A DNA stretch of 64,000 bases from Nannocystis pusilla (GTDB taxonomy: Bacteria; Myxococcota_A; Polyangia; Nannocystales; Nannocystaceae), in contig NZ_JAPNKE010000002.1 of NCBI RefSeq assembly GCF_026626665.1, forward strand, positions 3,629,168 to 3,693,167. Reading direction: 5' to 3'. The notes beneath the pieces are model-generated. The model worked only from the letters and a program-made list of their open reading frames with translations. It had not been told where the DNA came from and made no database searches. Position numbers and translations under genes: made by a program. Positions 8,973-18,860 of this stretch are shown here, piece by piece (the stretch's first letter is position 1; every line of letters starts with the position of its first letter).

Positions 8973-10754
8973 ATGCACGACGACGGCGCGCGCTGGCTAC
9001 CCAAGTTTCTCGCGGACAGCGGCTACCGCCACGCGATGTATACCCATCAGTGGACCGAGGTGCTGATCTGGCGCGACACGGAGCGGTGGCTCGGCCGCGG
9101 ACCCGATCGTGACAGCGCCCTCGAAGATGCGCTGACGCAGATGTTTCCGTCGGCGGCCGCGCGTCAACTCTTCGATCGCTTCCGCGACGGCCTCCAGGAG
9201 CCAGCCCGTCCGCAGGCGGCGCCACCCAGCGCCGCAGTATCCGCCGAAGTTATCCCCACCGCCCCGCCCGCCGCGCCCGAGCAGCCCGAGCTACCGCGCA
9301 GCCCGATCGTCGGCCGGATCCAGCTACCGACTTATCCCGCGGCTGCGGTCGCCGAGGCGCGCGAGACCCTGGAAGAGATCCTCAAGGACATCCAGGACAT
9401 GCGGCCCGACTTCGCGCTGATGTCGCCGCGCTATCAGAAGGTCTACATGCTGGCCTGGATCTCCCGCGCGCGCAGCTTCGACGAGCAGTTCCAGGGCGAG
9501 CACAAGATCACCGTGCTGGTGCGGCGGATCGCCCACGAGCTGACGAACCTCAGCAAGACCTTGTGGCCCGGCTCGGTGCAGGCGCTGCAGATGAACGCGG
9601 TGCCCGCGTGCGTGGTCACCGAGCTCGGGCTGAAGACGCTGCACGCGCCGAAGACCTGGGCCGAGGCGCACGAGTTCGTGCAGAACCATCGCGAGCGCGC
9701 GATGACCAGCGAGGTCCCGGTCGACGACTACGGCTGGGCCGACCGCCCGCGCAAGGCCCCGCCGGGCCAGCCCCGCGCCCTCCTGCGCGAGGCCCAGCGC
9801 GCCGTCGAGGCCATCGCCGGCAACGTCACCGACCCGCCGCCGCGCCACCTCACCACGCCGCCCGAGGAGCTGCCGAACGAGCAGCTCGACGCGCTCGTCA
9901 AGCACGCCCAGGCGCTGCGCGACATCCGTCGCTTCATCGCCGCCGAGGACCCCGAGACCTGGGGCGCCGTCATGGGCCGCCTGCGCTGGCTCGCGGGGCG
10001 CCTCGGCGAGCGCCTGCCGCAGCTGCGCCGCTGGCTCGACCCCGAGTTCATCCCGCCGCCCGAGCGCGCCAAGACCGGGCCCTCGGCCGATCAGGTGCGC
10101 CAGCAGCAAGCGGCGGTGCGAGCCGAACGCGACGCCCTGGTCGCCGCCGACAGCTTCGACGACGAGGCCCTGCTCGCCTTCCTCGGCCGGGCCTTCGACG
10201 CCCACAACACGCCCGAGGTCGCGTCGCTGGTCCAGCCGATCCGCCCGCGCATCGACGCCCTGCGCCCCGACCTGTTCGAGGACCGCCGCATGCGTCGCCG
10301 CCTCACCGGCCTGCAGGACGTGATCAAGCGCGGCGAGCTCGGCGTGCTGCCGTCCGACAGCGACAGCGACCTCGAGGAGGAGACCGACGACGTCGACGAT
10401 CCGGGCGCGCACCTGGTCGCCCAGGTCCGGCCCAAGGTCGAGGGCAAGCGGGTCCTGTTCGTCAGCAACCGCGAGGACCCCGACCTCAAGTCGAAGCTCG
10501 AGGAGTCGCTCGGCCTCGACATCACCTGGTGCGACGGCAACGCCCGCAAGGTCCAGGCCCAGTGCGAGAGCATCTCGCGCCACAGCTACGACTACGTGCT
10601 CATCGCCACCGGCTTCCAGGCCCACAACATCGACGGGATCCTCGCCCGCGCCGCCCGGGCCAGCGCCATCCCGTACGTCCGCGTGTTCAAGGGCCGCCCC
10701 CTCGCGGTCGCCCGCGCCCTCGCCCGCACCCTCGGCGTCGCCTCCGCCGCCTGA
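8973..10754 (+). CDS. hypothetical protein, possibly DUF2325-like C-terminal domain
   Basis: 593 aa ORF with balanced amino-acid composition; ATG at 8973. Confidence 0.55.
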   Translation: MHDDGARWLPKFLADSGYRHAMYTHQWTEVLIWRDTERWLGRGPDRDSALEDALTQMFPSAAARQLFDRFRDGLQEPARPQAAPPSAAVSAEVIPTAPPAAPEQPELPRSPIVGRIQLPTYPAAAVAEARETLEEILKDIQDMRPDFALMSPRYQKVYMLAWISRARSFDEQFQGEHKITVLVRRIAHELTNLSKTLWPGSVQALQMNAVPACVVTELGLKTLHAPKTWAEAHEFVQNHRERAMTSEVPVDDYGWADRPRKAPPGQPRALLREAQRAVEAIAGNVTDPPPRHLTTPPEELPNEQLDALVKHAQALRDIRRFIAAEDPETWGAVMGRLRWLAGRLGERLPQLRRWLDPEFIPPPERAKTGPSADQVRQQQAAVRAERDALVAADSFDDEALLAFLGRAFDAHNTPEVASLVQPIRPRIDALRPDLFEDRRMRRRLTGLQDVIKRGELGVLPSDSDSDLEEETDDVDDPGAHLVAQVRPKVEGKRVLFVSNREDPDLKSKLEESLGLDITWCDGNARKVQAQCESISRHSYDYVLIATGFQAHNIDGILARAARASAIPYVRVFKGRPLAVARALARTLGVASAA

Positions 10755-10788
10755 GCCGCTGGCTCCGAGGGCGTGTCCTCTCGGACAG

Positions 10789-11060
10789 GTCTTCGCGCGC
10801 ATGTCCTGGCGCATGTCCTGGCGCGCATGCCCTGGCGCGCATGTCCTGGCGCGCATGTCCTCGCGCGCATGTCCTCGCGCCCATGTCCTGGCGCCCATGT
10901 CCTCGCGCGTATGCCCTGGCGCCCATGTCCTCGCACGCATGTCCTCGCGCATGCCCTCGCACGCACGTCCCCGCGCATGTCCTCGCGCGCATGCCCTCGC
11001 ACGCACGTCCCCGCGCATGTCCTCGCGCGCATGTCCTCGCGCGCATGTCCTCGCAGACAC
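10789..11060. repeat. tandem array of ~18 copies of a 15-bp unit GCGCATGTCCTSGCG
   Basis: read directly: gcgcgcatgtcctggcgcgcatgtcctcgcgc.. continuous; intergenic. Confidence 0.85.
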
Positions 11061-11289
11061 GCGAGGCCGACGCCCGCGTCACCGGGCGCGCGAGCGACTT
11101 CGTGGCGCAACTCGTCCCGACGCGAACGGCTCGATCGCCCGCGCGGATCGATCTTGCGCGACTTCGCCCACCCAAAACCTGGAGCAGATCCGTGTGGCCC
11201 CTGCCACAACGCTCCGGCGCCCGCGCGTCCCCGCGCATCGCTGTCGCTCGACGCCAGCGCCTGCAGGCCAGGCGTTCCGCCACGTTCTC

Positions 11290-11345
11290 GCCACTCATGT
11301 CAAGCTAGCTTGACACCGCTTTCGTGTCGCGTATCTTTGACATCG
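11290..11345. promoter_or_regulatory. three operator-like palindromes upstream of membrane-protein/XRE pair
   Basis: GTCAAGCTAGCTTGAC (perfect 16-bp), GACAC-N7-GTGTC, TTGACA-TCG-TGTCAA. Confidence 0.4.
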
Positions 11346-11377
11346 TGTCAAGCAAAGCTGCCACCCCTGAGGCGCGC

Positions 11378-11797
11378 ATGAGCGCCTCGTTCGCGGAGAA
11401 GAGCGTGTGGATCCAGCTGCTCGGCATGGCGGTCGCGCTGGGCCTCTACTTCGTGGTCGCCGGCTGGATGCTGGCGAGCGGCATCACGATCCTGCCGGAC
11501 TTCGCCGGCGTGTTCGTGGTCGCCGTCGTGCTGCTGGTGGCGATCCTCATCGGCGGTCACCTCGTCGCCGCGCTCATGGGCCGCCCCGAGCCCGCCGACG
11601 TCCGCGACCGCGAGCTCGAGGGACGCGCAGAGGGCCGCACCGGCTGGATCCTCGCCACCGGCGTGATCGGGGCCATCGGCGCCCTCGTCGTCGCGGTCGA
11701 GCCGGTGTGGGTCGCGCACCTGTTGCTGCTGTCGCTGTACCTGTCGGAGCTCGCCCGCCTCGCGCTGCAGCTCGTCTACTACCGGCGCGGGATGTAG
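11378..11797 (+). CDS. small integral membrane protein (DUF2178-like)
   Basis: ~140 aa, 3-4 TM helices; immediately followed by XRE regulator. Confidence 0.55.
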   Translation: MSASFAEKSVWIQLLGMAVALGLYFVVAGWMLASGITILPDFAGVFVVAVVLLVAILIGGHLVAALMGRPEPADVRDRELEGRAEGRTGWILATGVIGAIGALVVAVEPVWVAHLLLLSLYLSELARLALQLVYYRRGM

Positions 11798-11820
11798 CCG
11801 TGGAGCCCGCGCGCGGCAGC

Positions 11821-12027
11821 GTGAAGAACCGGATCCGCCAGCTCCGCTTCGAGCACGGCGAGATGACGCAGCAGGCGCTGGCCGAGCGGATCGGCGTCAG
11901 CCGCCAGACCGTCAACGCGATCGAGGGCGGCAAGTACGCCCCCTCGCTCGAGGTCGCCTTCCGGATCGCCCTCGTCTTCGCAGTCCCGATCGAGGCCGTG
12001 TTTCAGTTCGACCCCGACGCGAAGTGA
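11821..12027 (+). CDS. XRE-family helix-turn-helix transcriptional regulator
   Basis: VKNRIRQLRFEHGEMTQQALAERIGVSRQTVNAIEGGKYAPSLEVAFRIALVF.. canonical Cro/C1 HTH. Confidence 0.8.
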   Translation: MKNRIRQLRFEHGEMTQQALAERIGVSRQTVNAIEGGKYAPSLEVAFRIALVFAVPIEAVFQFDPDAK

Positions 12028-12029
12028 CG

Positions 12030-12295
12030 GCCGCACGCACATGTCCCTCGGGACAGTATTCTCGCGTGCCGAGGTCGTCGCCACGAACCGCCCGCCCCAC
12101 CACGACCACATGTCCCTTCGGACAGTATCATCGCGTGCCGAGATCGTCGCCGCGAACCGCCCGGCCCGCCACGCGCACCTGTCCCTTCGGACATTTTTCT
12201 CACGATACCGAGCTCGTCATGTCGCACCGCTCGGCCCGTCGCACGCACCTGTCCCTTCGGACATTCTCGTCACTGCACCGCGATCGTCACCTCGA
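12030..12295. repeat. ~4 tandem copies of a ~65-70-bp unit each containing CACATGTCCCTTCGGACAGTAT hairpin
   Basis: direct reading; intergenic between XRE gene and convergent lipoprotein gene. Confidence 0.8.
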
Positions 12296-12892
12296 ACGGC
12301 CCGCTCTTGCGCGTGCCCGTGACCGTCCAGCGGTCGAGCGTGCGCAGCTGCGAGTACGCGCGCAGCAACGCCTCCATGTCCCCCACCGCTTGCCCGGCCA
12401 CGGTGCGCACCAGGTCCCCATTTTAAAACCCAGCAGCGCCAGCGGCGACTCGGAGCGGATTGCGAACAGCTTGAAGCCGACCGCCTTGCCGTCCTCCATC
12501 GCCGGGAGCACGCGCGCCAGCCGGGCCATCGCCTCGGGCGCCGCCATGAACGCCTCGAGCTCGCTGCGCTTCACCACGCAGGTCCCCTCGGCGCACGTCG
12601 GCGACAGCGTCGGCGTCGCCTCTCCTGCCGGCGGAGCGTCCGTCGCCGGCGCTGGCGGAGCGTCACCGGCCCCACCGGGCGGAGACCGGTCGATCTCGCA
12701 CAGGACCCGATCGGCCCGCGCCTTCGCCAGCTCGCTCGTCAGCGACTCGATCCGCTGGCCCTGCTCCTTGACCAGCGCCGACGTCGCCGCCAGCTCCGCC
12801 CGCACCGCCGCCAGCTCCCTCTCCTTCGCCGGGTCGCAACCGCCCAGCAGCAGCCCCAGCAACATCCACGCGCCGATCCATCGTCCCGACAT
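12269..12892 (-). CDS. lipoprotein with coiled-coil and PDZ/GspC-like C-terminal domain; frame break at the TTTTAAAA motif (12421-12428)
   Basis: MSGRWIGAWMLLGLLLGGC lipobox; C-terminal ..GDLVRTVAGQAVGDMEALLRAYSQL..FEVTIAVQ in a different frame from body. Confidence 0.45.
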
Positions 12893-13036
12893 CGACGCCA
12901 CTTCAACACGTCTGCCCCGGCCGCGACAAGCGCCCCGGCCTCGGCTTCGGCCCGCGCGTCCCCGCTGCGACGAACCCCACGGCCTCTGCTTCGCCGCGCT
13001 CCGCCTTGGCCGCGACAAGCGCTACAGTCCTCGCGC

Positions 13037-13252
13037 GTGACCTTGCCCGCCGAGCCCCGCGAGCCGTTGCTCCTGGCCCTCCGCCGCGCCGACCCGCTCG
13101 CCTTTCGCCGCGAGGTCCGGGCGGTCCTGGCGGCCCAGTGCAGCGTGAGCGCCGGCGCCCGCGCCCTCGGCGTGCGCGAGGCGACCTTGCGCGATCTGCT
13201 GGCCGGCGACGCCGAGCTGGCCCGCGGCCTCGACCTCGACGACTGGCCCTGA
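13037..13252 (+). CDS. small hypothetical protein with possible HTH
   Basis: 71 aa ORF; weak. Confidence 0.3.
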   Translation: MTLPAEPREPLLLALRRADPLAFRREVRAVLAAQCSVSAGARALGVREATLRDLLAGDAELARGLDLDDWP

Positions 13253-13455
13253 GGACAGCTTTCTTAAGTACGTGGAGTGTGGGCTCCGCCACCATCGATC
13301 AGCCGCGGGACGCAGCTCGCCAGCTCGACGCCTACCGTCCCCGAGGCGCGCGCTGCCGGTTCGGACATGACTCTAGAATCATGTCCCTCAAAACATGTCC
13401 ATCACGCCATGTCGCCCCCATGACAGCGCCCCCGCCGCGTGCCAGACTCGCCGCG

Positions 13456-13886
13456 TGCCGAAGCCCGTCGTCATCAGCGAAGCCGAGCTCGACCACCGCC
13501 ACGGCACCTTCGCCCGCCTCGCCTCGGGCGGCCGTTACGGCTGCGCCTGCGCCGTCTACGACGGCGATGTCACGATCGAGGGCGACGCCTGGCTGAGCGA
13601 CGAGCACTGGTCGCAGCTGCAGCTCGCCGCCGCCCCTGACGACATCGGCACCATCGTCGTCACCGGCAGCCTCACCGTGCGCGGCGACCTCTGCGTGTCC
13701 GACCGGCTGATGTGCGCCGTCGTCCTCGGCGACCTCGTCGCCCGCGAGCTCGCCATCTTCGAGACCGAGTTCTACGTCGGCGGCGACCTCCGGGTCGACC
13801 GCCTGCGCGACCGCGACGAGTACCTCACGGTCGCCGGCGCGCGCCGGGTCGCCGAGCCCGACGTCGATCCGGACGACGAGGATTGA
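13456..13886 (+). CDS. hypothetical protein
   Basis: ORF 13395..13886, probable GTG start at 13456; acidic C-terminus. Confidence 0.4.
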
Positions 13887-13968
13887 TCCTCGCTCGACGC
13901 TCTCGCAACCCGGCACATGCGGGCGCATCCGCGCCGTTCCGCCCCTCCTTCCATGCTAGAGAGGGACC

Positions 13969-14559
13969 GTGACGCGACGTGTCCTGGCGCTCCTCTTCGG
14001 CCTGGCGTCGGCCTGCTTCTACCAGCCTTCTGGTAGCTCCGGCTCCACGGGCGGTCCCTCGACCACGGAGGCCGGATACGCCAGCACCGACCCGCCCTTG
14101 ACGACGACGACGAGCGCACCGACCTCGACGAGCACCTCGTCCACGCCGACCTCCACCTCGACCGAGACCGCCAGCGACTCGACAAGCACGACCACCACCA
14201 CGTCCACCAGCACGACCACCACGTCCACCAGCACGACCACCACGGGCGACCCGGACACGACGACGACCACCACCGCGACGACGAGCTCGACCAGCAGCGG
14301 AGAGCCGGACCCCGGCACGACCGCGATGCCCGAGCCCATGTGCGGCAACGGGGTCGCCGAGACAGGCGAGACCTGCGACGGCACCGACCTCGTGGGCAAG
14401 GCCTGCAGTGACTTCCCCAACTACGGCGGCGGCCTCCTCAAGTGCAACGCGAACTGCCTGGCTCTCGATTTCTCGGGCTGTTGCAAGATCGCTGGCCAGA
14501 GCTGCAACACCGGCGGCCAGTGCTGCAGCGCGACCTGCGTCCTCTTCAGCTGCAGCTGA
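13969..14559 (+). CDS. secreted lipoprotein, Thr/Ser-rich linker and C-terminal Cys-rich (knottin-like) domain
   Basis: MTRRVLALLFGLASAC lipobox; TTTTST linker; 14 Cys in last 75 aa. Confidence 0.6.
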   Translation: MTRRVLALLFGLASACFYQPSGSSGSTGGPSTTEAGYASTDPPLTTTTSAPTSTSTSSTPTSTSTETASDSTSTTTTTSTSTTTTSTSTTTTGDPDTTTTTTATTSSTSSGEPDPGTTAMPEPMCGNGVAETGETCDGTDLVGKACSDFPNYGGGLLKCNANCLALDFSGCCKIAGQSCNTGGQCCSATCVLFSCS

Positions 14560-14832
14560 CCCGACACGCAGCCTGAGCCCGCCGCGTCGCGCCGGCCGCC
14601 TGCCCCTTCGCTCATGTCCGAAGCGCCAGCTCACCGTCGCGTCGGCGCGAGACCCACGCCCGGCGCCGAACATCCGGGCTCCGGCGCTCCGCCTCACGCT
14701 CGCACCGGGCGAAAGCCTGTCCCGAAGGGCAGGCGCCGGCTCAGCCCTTGCGCCGGCGCGCCCGGACCACGCAGCGGGCCGCGCGCTGCGGGCGGAACAG
14801 CGTCCTCGCCAGCGCCCACACCCCCTCGGCGG

Positions 14833-17447
14833 TCACCGCCGCCACGCGCTGCGGGTACGCGAACGCGCGCGCGGCAGCCCGTAGACCTCGGACAGCGCCA
14901 GCAGCGACGCCATCCGGCTGCGGCGCTGCTGGCCGAGCTCGAACTGCCCGACCAGCCACGCCTTGGCGCGCTCGACCTCCGCCGTCGACGGCGGCTCTCG
15001 CACCGCGCGCTCGACCTCCGCCGCGATCGCGGCCATCGCCTTCGGCAGCTTGTCCTGGCTGGTCGACGCGTGGATCGCCACGTGGCCGGCGTCGAGGCCC
15101 TCGACGCTGCTCATCGACACCTCGTACACCAGCCCCTGGACCTCGCGCAGCGCCGTGAACAGCCGCCCGGTCTGGCCGCCGAGCACCGCGCTGAGCACGT
15201 CGAGGGTCGGCTCGCGCTCGTCGCCGACGGCGATGCCCGGCCAGCCGAGGGCGATGTGGGCCTGCTCGCGGTCCTGGAAGATCTCCCGCTCGCGCGGCCC
15301 GGTCGGCGCCGCGAACTTCTTCGGCGCTCCTGGCCCTTCAGACAGCCTGTCCCCGAGGCCAGCCTCGCGCAGCGCCGCCTCGACCTGGGCCGCCGCCGCC
15401 GCCACGTCGATGTCGCCGGCCAGGGCCAGCACCGCCTGCCCGATCGGGTAGTCGCGGCGCCACAGCCCGCGCAGCTTGGCCGGCGTCAGCGCCCGCAGGC
15501 CGGCCGGCGTGCCGCGGCCCGGTCGGCTGAACGGGTGCTCGCCGTACAGCAGCGCGTTGAGCCCGCGGCTGGCCACCGCGCCGGGGTCGTCGACCTCGGC
15601 CGCCAGATCTTGCAGCGCCACCCGCCGCTCCTCCTCGAGCTCGTCGGCCGCGAACTTCGGCGTCGTCGCGCAGTCGAGCGCGTGCCCGAGCACCGCCGGG
15701 AAGTGGCGGCTCAGGCACTCGAAGTGCAGGCCCAGGCTGTTGCGGCCGGCGAAGCCGTCGAGCCCCGCGGCCATCCCGTCGATCGCCCGGCTCAGCGCCT
15801 CGCCGCCGGTGCGGGCGTTGCCGCGGGTCAGCAGCGCCGCGATCACCGAGTTCGCGCCGGCCAGCGCCGCCGGCTCGCGCCGCAGCCCGCCCGGCCAGAT
15901 CAGCCAGCCCGCCGCCACCGGCACCGCCGGCTCGACCCGCGCCAGCAGGCGCAGCCCGCACGCCAGGGTCACCGTCTCGATGCCGTCGCTGGCGCAGCGC
16001 GGCCTCACCCCGGCGCGCCCCGGCGTCGCCGCCGGCTTCAGCGCCTCGGCCACCGCGGCCTTGATCGACCTGGCCTTCGGGACATCCACCTCCGCGCGCG
16101 GCAGCTCGAGGCTGACGCTCGCGCGCGCCGGGTCGAGCCAGCGCGCGCAGGCCGAGCGGACCGCCTCGGGCGTCAGCGCCGCCAGGGCCGCGTAGTACTC
16201 GCGCTCGCGGGCCAGGTCGCCGAACAGCGTCGCGCAGGCCCCGAGCGCGTGCGCCTGGCCCTGCACCGTCTCGCGCCGGTACACCAGGTCGCTCTCGAGG
16301 ATCGCCTTGGCCCGCGCCAGCTCCTCGGCCGACACCGGCGCGTCCGCCAGGCGCCGCACCTGGGCCAGCACCGCCGCCACCGCCGCCGCCGTCTGGCCCG
16401 CGGTCGTGCGCGCCGACACCATCACCGTCCCGCCGTGGCGCAGCGTGTCGCAGTGGGCCTGGATGTCCGAAACGACCTGTTCTTTGCGACGTGTCTCGGC
16501 GACCAGGCGCGACGACTCGCCGTTGCCGAGCACCACCGCCGCCGCGTCGATCGCCGCCGCCTCGGCCGCGCCCGCCGCCGGGGCCGGCCAGGCCAGCAGC
16601 GCGTAGGTCTCCTGGACCTCGGCGCGGCGCAGCGTCACCCCGGCTTCGCCGCCGGCTCGCCCGCCGTCGCGCGCCTCTTGGCCGCCGGCAACGCGCCGAC
16701 GATCGCCCGCGCCACCTTGCGCAGCGCCGCCACGTCGACCGCGCCGACCGCCACCAGAGTCAGCCGCTCGCCGGCATAGGCGCGCCGGTGATACCCGCGC
16801 AGCCGCGCCGCCGAGTGCCCCGCGACCTCCTCCACCAGGCCGAGCACCGGCCGCGCGTACGCGTGCGCTCCGTACACCCGCGACAGCGCCGCCTGCGTCA
16901 CCCGCTGGCCCGGGTCGTCGTCGTACTGCTTGATCTCCTCGATCACCACCTCGCGCTCCTGCCCCAGCGTGGCCGGGTCGAGCGTCGGGAACAGCGTCGC
17001 GGTGGCCACCAGCGCCGCCGCCTCGGCCGCGCGGGCCGCCGGCGTCGTCACGTGGACCACCGTCTCGTCGTGGCTGGTGAACGCGTTGATGTCGCCGCCG
17101 AGCGCCTCGATCGCGCCCGCCAGGTCGAACGCCTCCTCGGCCCGCCGCACCCCGGCCGCCGCCAGGCGCGCGCGGTTGCTCTTCGGGCCATGTCCCAAAA
17201 CACATGGCTTGAAGAGCATGTGCTCGAGCAGGTGGGCGCAGCCGTGCTCGTCCTCTCGCTCGGCCGCCGTGCCCGAACCGACCCACAGCTGCACCGCCGC
17301 CGGCCCGGCCCCGGCCGGTCGCCCGGGCAGGATCAGCAGGCGGGCGCCGTTGGCCAGCCGCTCGTCGACGAGCGGCGCGAATTGAGTGGCGGCGCCGGGG
17401 AGATCGAGGCCGCGGGGCGAAGGAGGCGAGACGGGCAGATCGGGCAC
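14833..17447 (-). CDS. M16-family zinc peptidase, tandem active + inactive halves (pitrilysin-like); frame break near 16640
   Basis: HLLEHMLFK (HxxEH) in N-half (ORF 16635..17447), remainder in ORF 14833..17514 from GVTLRRAEVQETYALLAWP onward. Confidence 0.7.
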
Positions 17448-17842
17448 GGTAAAGCTCGCCGCCCGCCGGTCGCGCGCGGCGCCTCCTCATACCGCGAGTC
17501 GCCGCCGCGCGCATCCTCGCCCGCGCCCGGCGCCGAATCGCAACCGAATCGCCGCTTCGGCCGCCAGCACTCGCGCAGCGCCGCTACCGGCTCCTCGCTC
17601 ACGAACTGCGTCCCGCCCGCTCCTCCGCTCGCGGACCGCCCTCACCGCCCCGACCTGTCGATCTCGTCACGCGCCCCGCCGCGATCTCGACCGCGCCCGG
17701 CCCCGCCGTCACCGACGAGCCCGCTCGGCGATCTCGCCGCCGACACCGCCGCCGTCGCTCCCGGGCCGCCCGCTCCGCCTGCGCGCCCACGCCCGCGCCC
17801 GCAGGCCGGTCCGCCGCCCGTGTTCTGCGGTATGGTCCCGCC

Positions 17843-18214
17843 GTGCTCTCTCCGACGCTCGCGTTGCGCTGCCCGCATTGCCAGCACGCGCTCTCGCTCG
17901 CCGACCTCCGCGACGCCGCCGACTGCCCCGCCTGCCGGCAGCCCCACGGCTTGCCGCCGGCCGTCGCCGACGCGCTGGCCCTCTACGAGCGGGCGATCCA
18001 GCAGGCCGTCAGCGACCTGGTCCACAGCGCACCTGTCCCGAAGGTCAGCCCCGAACCCGACGCCGAGATCCCGCCGCCGAGCCCTCGGCTCCACGCGCGT
18101 CACCAGCCCGGCCCTCGGCCAGGCTGCTCGCCGCGCCCGTCCCGCCGACCACCCTGCTCTCGATCGGCCCGGCCCCGCCGCCCGCCGTCCCGACCCCCAT
18201 GCGACCTGTCCTGA
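17843..18214 (+). CDS. zinc-ribbon protein (CPHC..CPAC); may be N-terminus of a longer repeat-containing membrane protein ending 19838
   Basis: CxxC-N17-CxxC; downstream frames remain coding-like through repeat region. Confidence 0.4.
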   Translation: MLSPTLALRCPHCQHALSLADLRDAADCPACRQPHGLPPAVADALALYERAIQQAVSDLVHSAPVPKVSPEPDAEIPPPSPRLHARHQPGPRPGCSPRPSRRPPCSRSARPRRPPSRPPCDLS

Positions 18215-18379
18215 GGGACAGCAACGCTCCGCTCGCCGCCCCCGAGCCCGGCGACACCCTGGAGGGCCCCGCCCCGGCCGCTGGACCGACGCCCGCCCCG
18301 GCACCCAGGCGGCCGAGCTGGCCGCGGGCCTGCCCGCCCACGGGCACGACGCCGCGCCGGAGCCGGCCCAGCTGTCCCT

Positions 18380-18700
18380 GCCCGTCGACGCGCCTGTCCC
18401 TGCGGACAGCCTCCACCAACCTGCCCTCGCGGACAGCCCCCGGCCACCTGTCCCCATGGACAGCCATGACCTCGACCGCGCGGCCACGCGCTCCCCACCT
18501 GTCCCCACGGACAGCCGTGCCCCCGACCGCGCGGCCACGCGCTCCTCGCCTGTCCCCACGGACAGCCGTGACCTCGACCGCGCGCCCACGCGCTCCCCGC
18601 CTGTCCCCACGGACAGCCGGCCATCATCTGTCCCTTCGGACAGCCACCTCGCCGCCCTCCGCGCCTCCTCGTCACCTGTCCCTGCAGACAGCTCACCCGC
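18380..18700. repeat. cluster of ~9 CCTGTCCC-N2-4-GGACAGC palindromes, ~50-bp period, in-frame encoding PPVPTDSRDLDRAATRS-like repeats
   Basis: read directly from sequence. Confidence 0.75.
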
Positions 18701-18860
18701 CGCGCCGGGCCTCCGCACCGCGGTCGCTCCCGGCTTCGACCCCGCCGCGCTGTCCGGCCCCTTGCCCGCCCCGCGCGAGCAGGTACCTGGCCTCGGGGCC
18801 AGCCTCGCCCGCGACCCGGCCGCGCGCACGGCCGCCGGCGACACCCTCCCGGGCGCCGCG

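Noticed and set aside
10789-11060. Tandem arrays considered as possible CRISPR
   Set aside because: Units are fully repetitive with no unique spacer segments; unit lengths (15, 57-125 bp) and absence of cas genes argue against CRISPR.
9324-11308. Overlapping 578/581-aa ORFs on both strands across 9324-11308
   Set aside because: Antisense or out-of-frame to the 8973..10754 gene and running through the 15-bp tandem array; Arg-rich nonsense.
14614-16779. 721-aa plus-strand ORF antisense to the M16 peptidase
   Set aside because: Poly-Arg/Ala composition, no motifs; opposite strand encodes clear HxxEH peptidase.
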